Virus record (IMG/VR): IMGVR_UViG_3300045988_079527
Coordinates: 1 to 19,509 of that record
Direction: 5' to 3' (one strand)
Source of the DNA: a virus
DNA: 19,509 nt
The stretch's first letter is position 1; each line of letters opens with the position of its first letter. Of this stretch, positions 19,270 through 19,509 are shown one piece after another. A program made the translations under genes and the position numbers. The notes under the pieces are model-generated. The model did no database searches, was not told the DNA's origin, and worked only from the letters and a program-made list of their open reading frames with translations.

Positions 19270-19509
19270 ATGGCTCAACAAAAATTCAATCCGGACACAG
19301 TCCTCTTGTCTGATTCTCTTGGAAAAGAGATTACATCAGAATACATCACTGATCTATTCACTGACGAACTTGTTAAAACTTCAAAAGTCATTCAGCTTGG
19401 TCAAAAAGTTGAAATGGAAGGTAAAATGGTCCGTAAAGGCGTAGAAGTTGGTCAATTGACAGACGCTTACTTTGTTGGTGAAGGTCAAAAAATCGGTACT
19501 GCAAAAATC
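19270..19509 (+). CDS. Major capsid protein, 5' partial (runs off the window)
   Basis: SD AAAGGAGAG precedes ATG 19270. The frame is open for 80 codons to the window edge (MAQQKFNPDTVLLSDSLGKEITSEY...). It is positioned after the scaffold gene. Confidence 0.75.
   Translation, partial: MAQQKFNPDTVLLSDSLGKEITSEYITDLFTDELVKTSKVIQLGQKVEMEGKMVRKGVEVGQLTDAYFVGEGQKIGTAKI

Larger units (their letters stand above)
1..19509. mobile_element. Segment of a temperate siphovirus-type phage/prophage genome (switch region, early genes, replication/recombination, ArpU, packaging and head genes)
   Basis: The gene order and recognisable products fit this class: XRE/Cro-like, AntA+KilAC antirepressor, replisome organizer, DnaC-like loader, RecT/Bet, SSB, RusA, ArpU, TerS, TerL, portal, Mu-F head protein, scaffold, capsid. 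Genes are tightly packed with ATGA-type overlaps. Neither integrase nor att site lies inside the window. Confidence 0.9.

Noticed and set aside
19184-19444. 86-aa + strand ORF overlapping the scaffold end and capsid start
   Set aside because: It is out of frame with the SD-supported capsid ORF (ATG 19270), which stays open to the window edge. Its translation is low-complexity.
1-19509. CRISPR arrays, rRNA, intact tRNA genes, IS elements or transposases, integrase, toxin-antitoxin pairs, recognisable defence genes (RM, Abi, CBASS and similar)
   Set aside because: I found no regularly spaced direct repeats, no transposase- or integrase-like ORF, and no nuclease, cyclase or other signatures typical of known defence genes. 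The only tRNA-like sequence lacks an anticodon arm.

Overview
The window is a contiguous piece of a temperate siphovirus-type phage or prophage from a low-GC Gram-positive host. The gene set looks Streptococcus/Lactobacillales-like, but that is inferred from memory of protein families, not from a search.

Gene order, left to right:
- 1-2100: a multi-promoter genetic-switch region with three small XRE/Cro-like HTH genes on + and two acidic non-HTH genes on -.
- 2095-4155: an AntA/KilAC antirepressor and small early ORFs.
- 4375-6440: a 580-aa secreted, wall-anchor-type adhesin plus a small acidic ORF.
- 6516-10957: replisome organizer with internal ori-like iterons, DnaC-like loader, RecT/Bet-family annealase, DUF1351-like protein, SSB, RusA-like resolvase.
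- 10941-13534: a run of small, translationally coupled ORFs, including DUF1642-like and Cse60-like.
- 13535-13919: about 385 nt of ORF-poor, structured DNA with a tRNA-like minihelix.
- 13920-19509: ArpU-type late regulator, TerS, TerL, portal, Mu-F/SPP1-gp7 head protein, scaffold, and the 5' end of the major capsid gene.

No integrase, att site, cI/S24 repressor, CRISPR array, rRNA or intact tRNA is visible in the window.

Most notable observations:
1. An MSCRAMM-like surface adhesin sits in the early/replication region and has an atypical LPNAG anchor.
2. A perfect 17-bp palindrome occurs twice. One copy exactly fills the spacer of a consensus promoter.
3. The switch region has operator-covered promoters driving non-HTH acidic proteins. 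This is a candidate uncharacterised immunity or anti-defence module.
4. A 29-bp helix at 3807-3966 and a 13-bp helix at 13773-13843 carry G-U pairs that only work on the + strand, suggesting structured RNAs.
5. A 4-TM gene is embedded antisense in the early operon with its own extended -10 promoter.
6. At least five reading-frame breaks all lie at short homopolymers. This means either a decaying prophage or indel-type sequencing errors.

All functional names come from motif recognition by eye. No database search was run.
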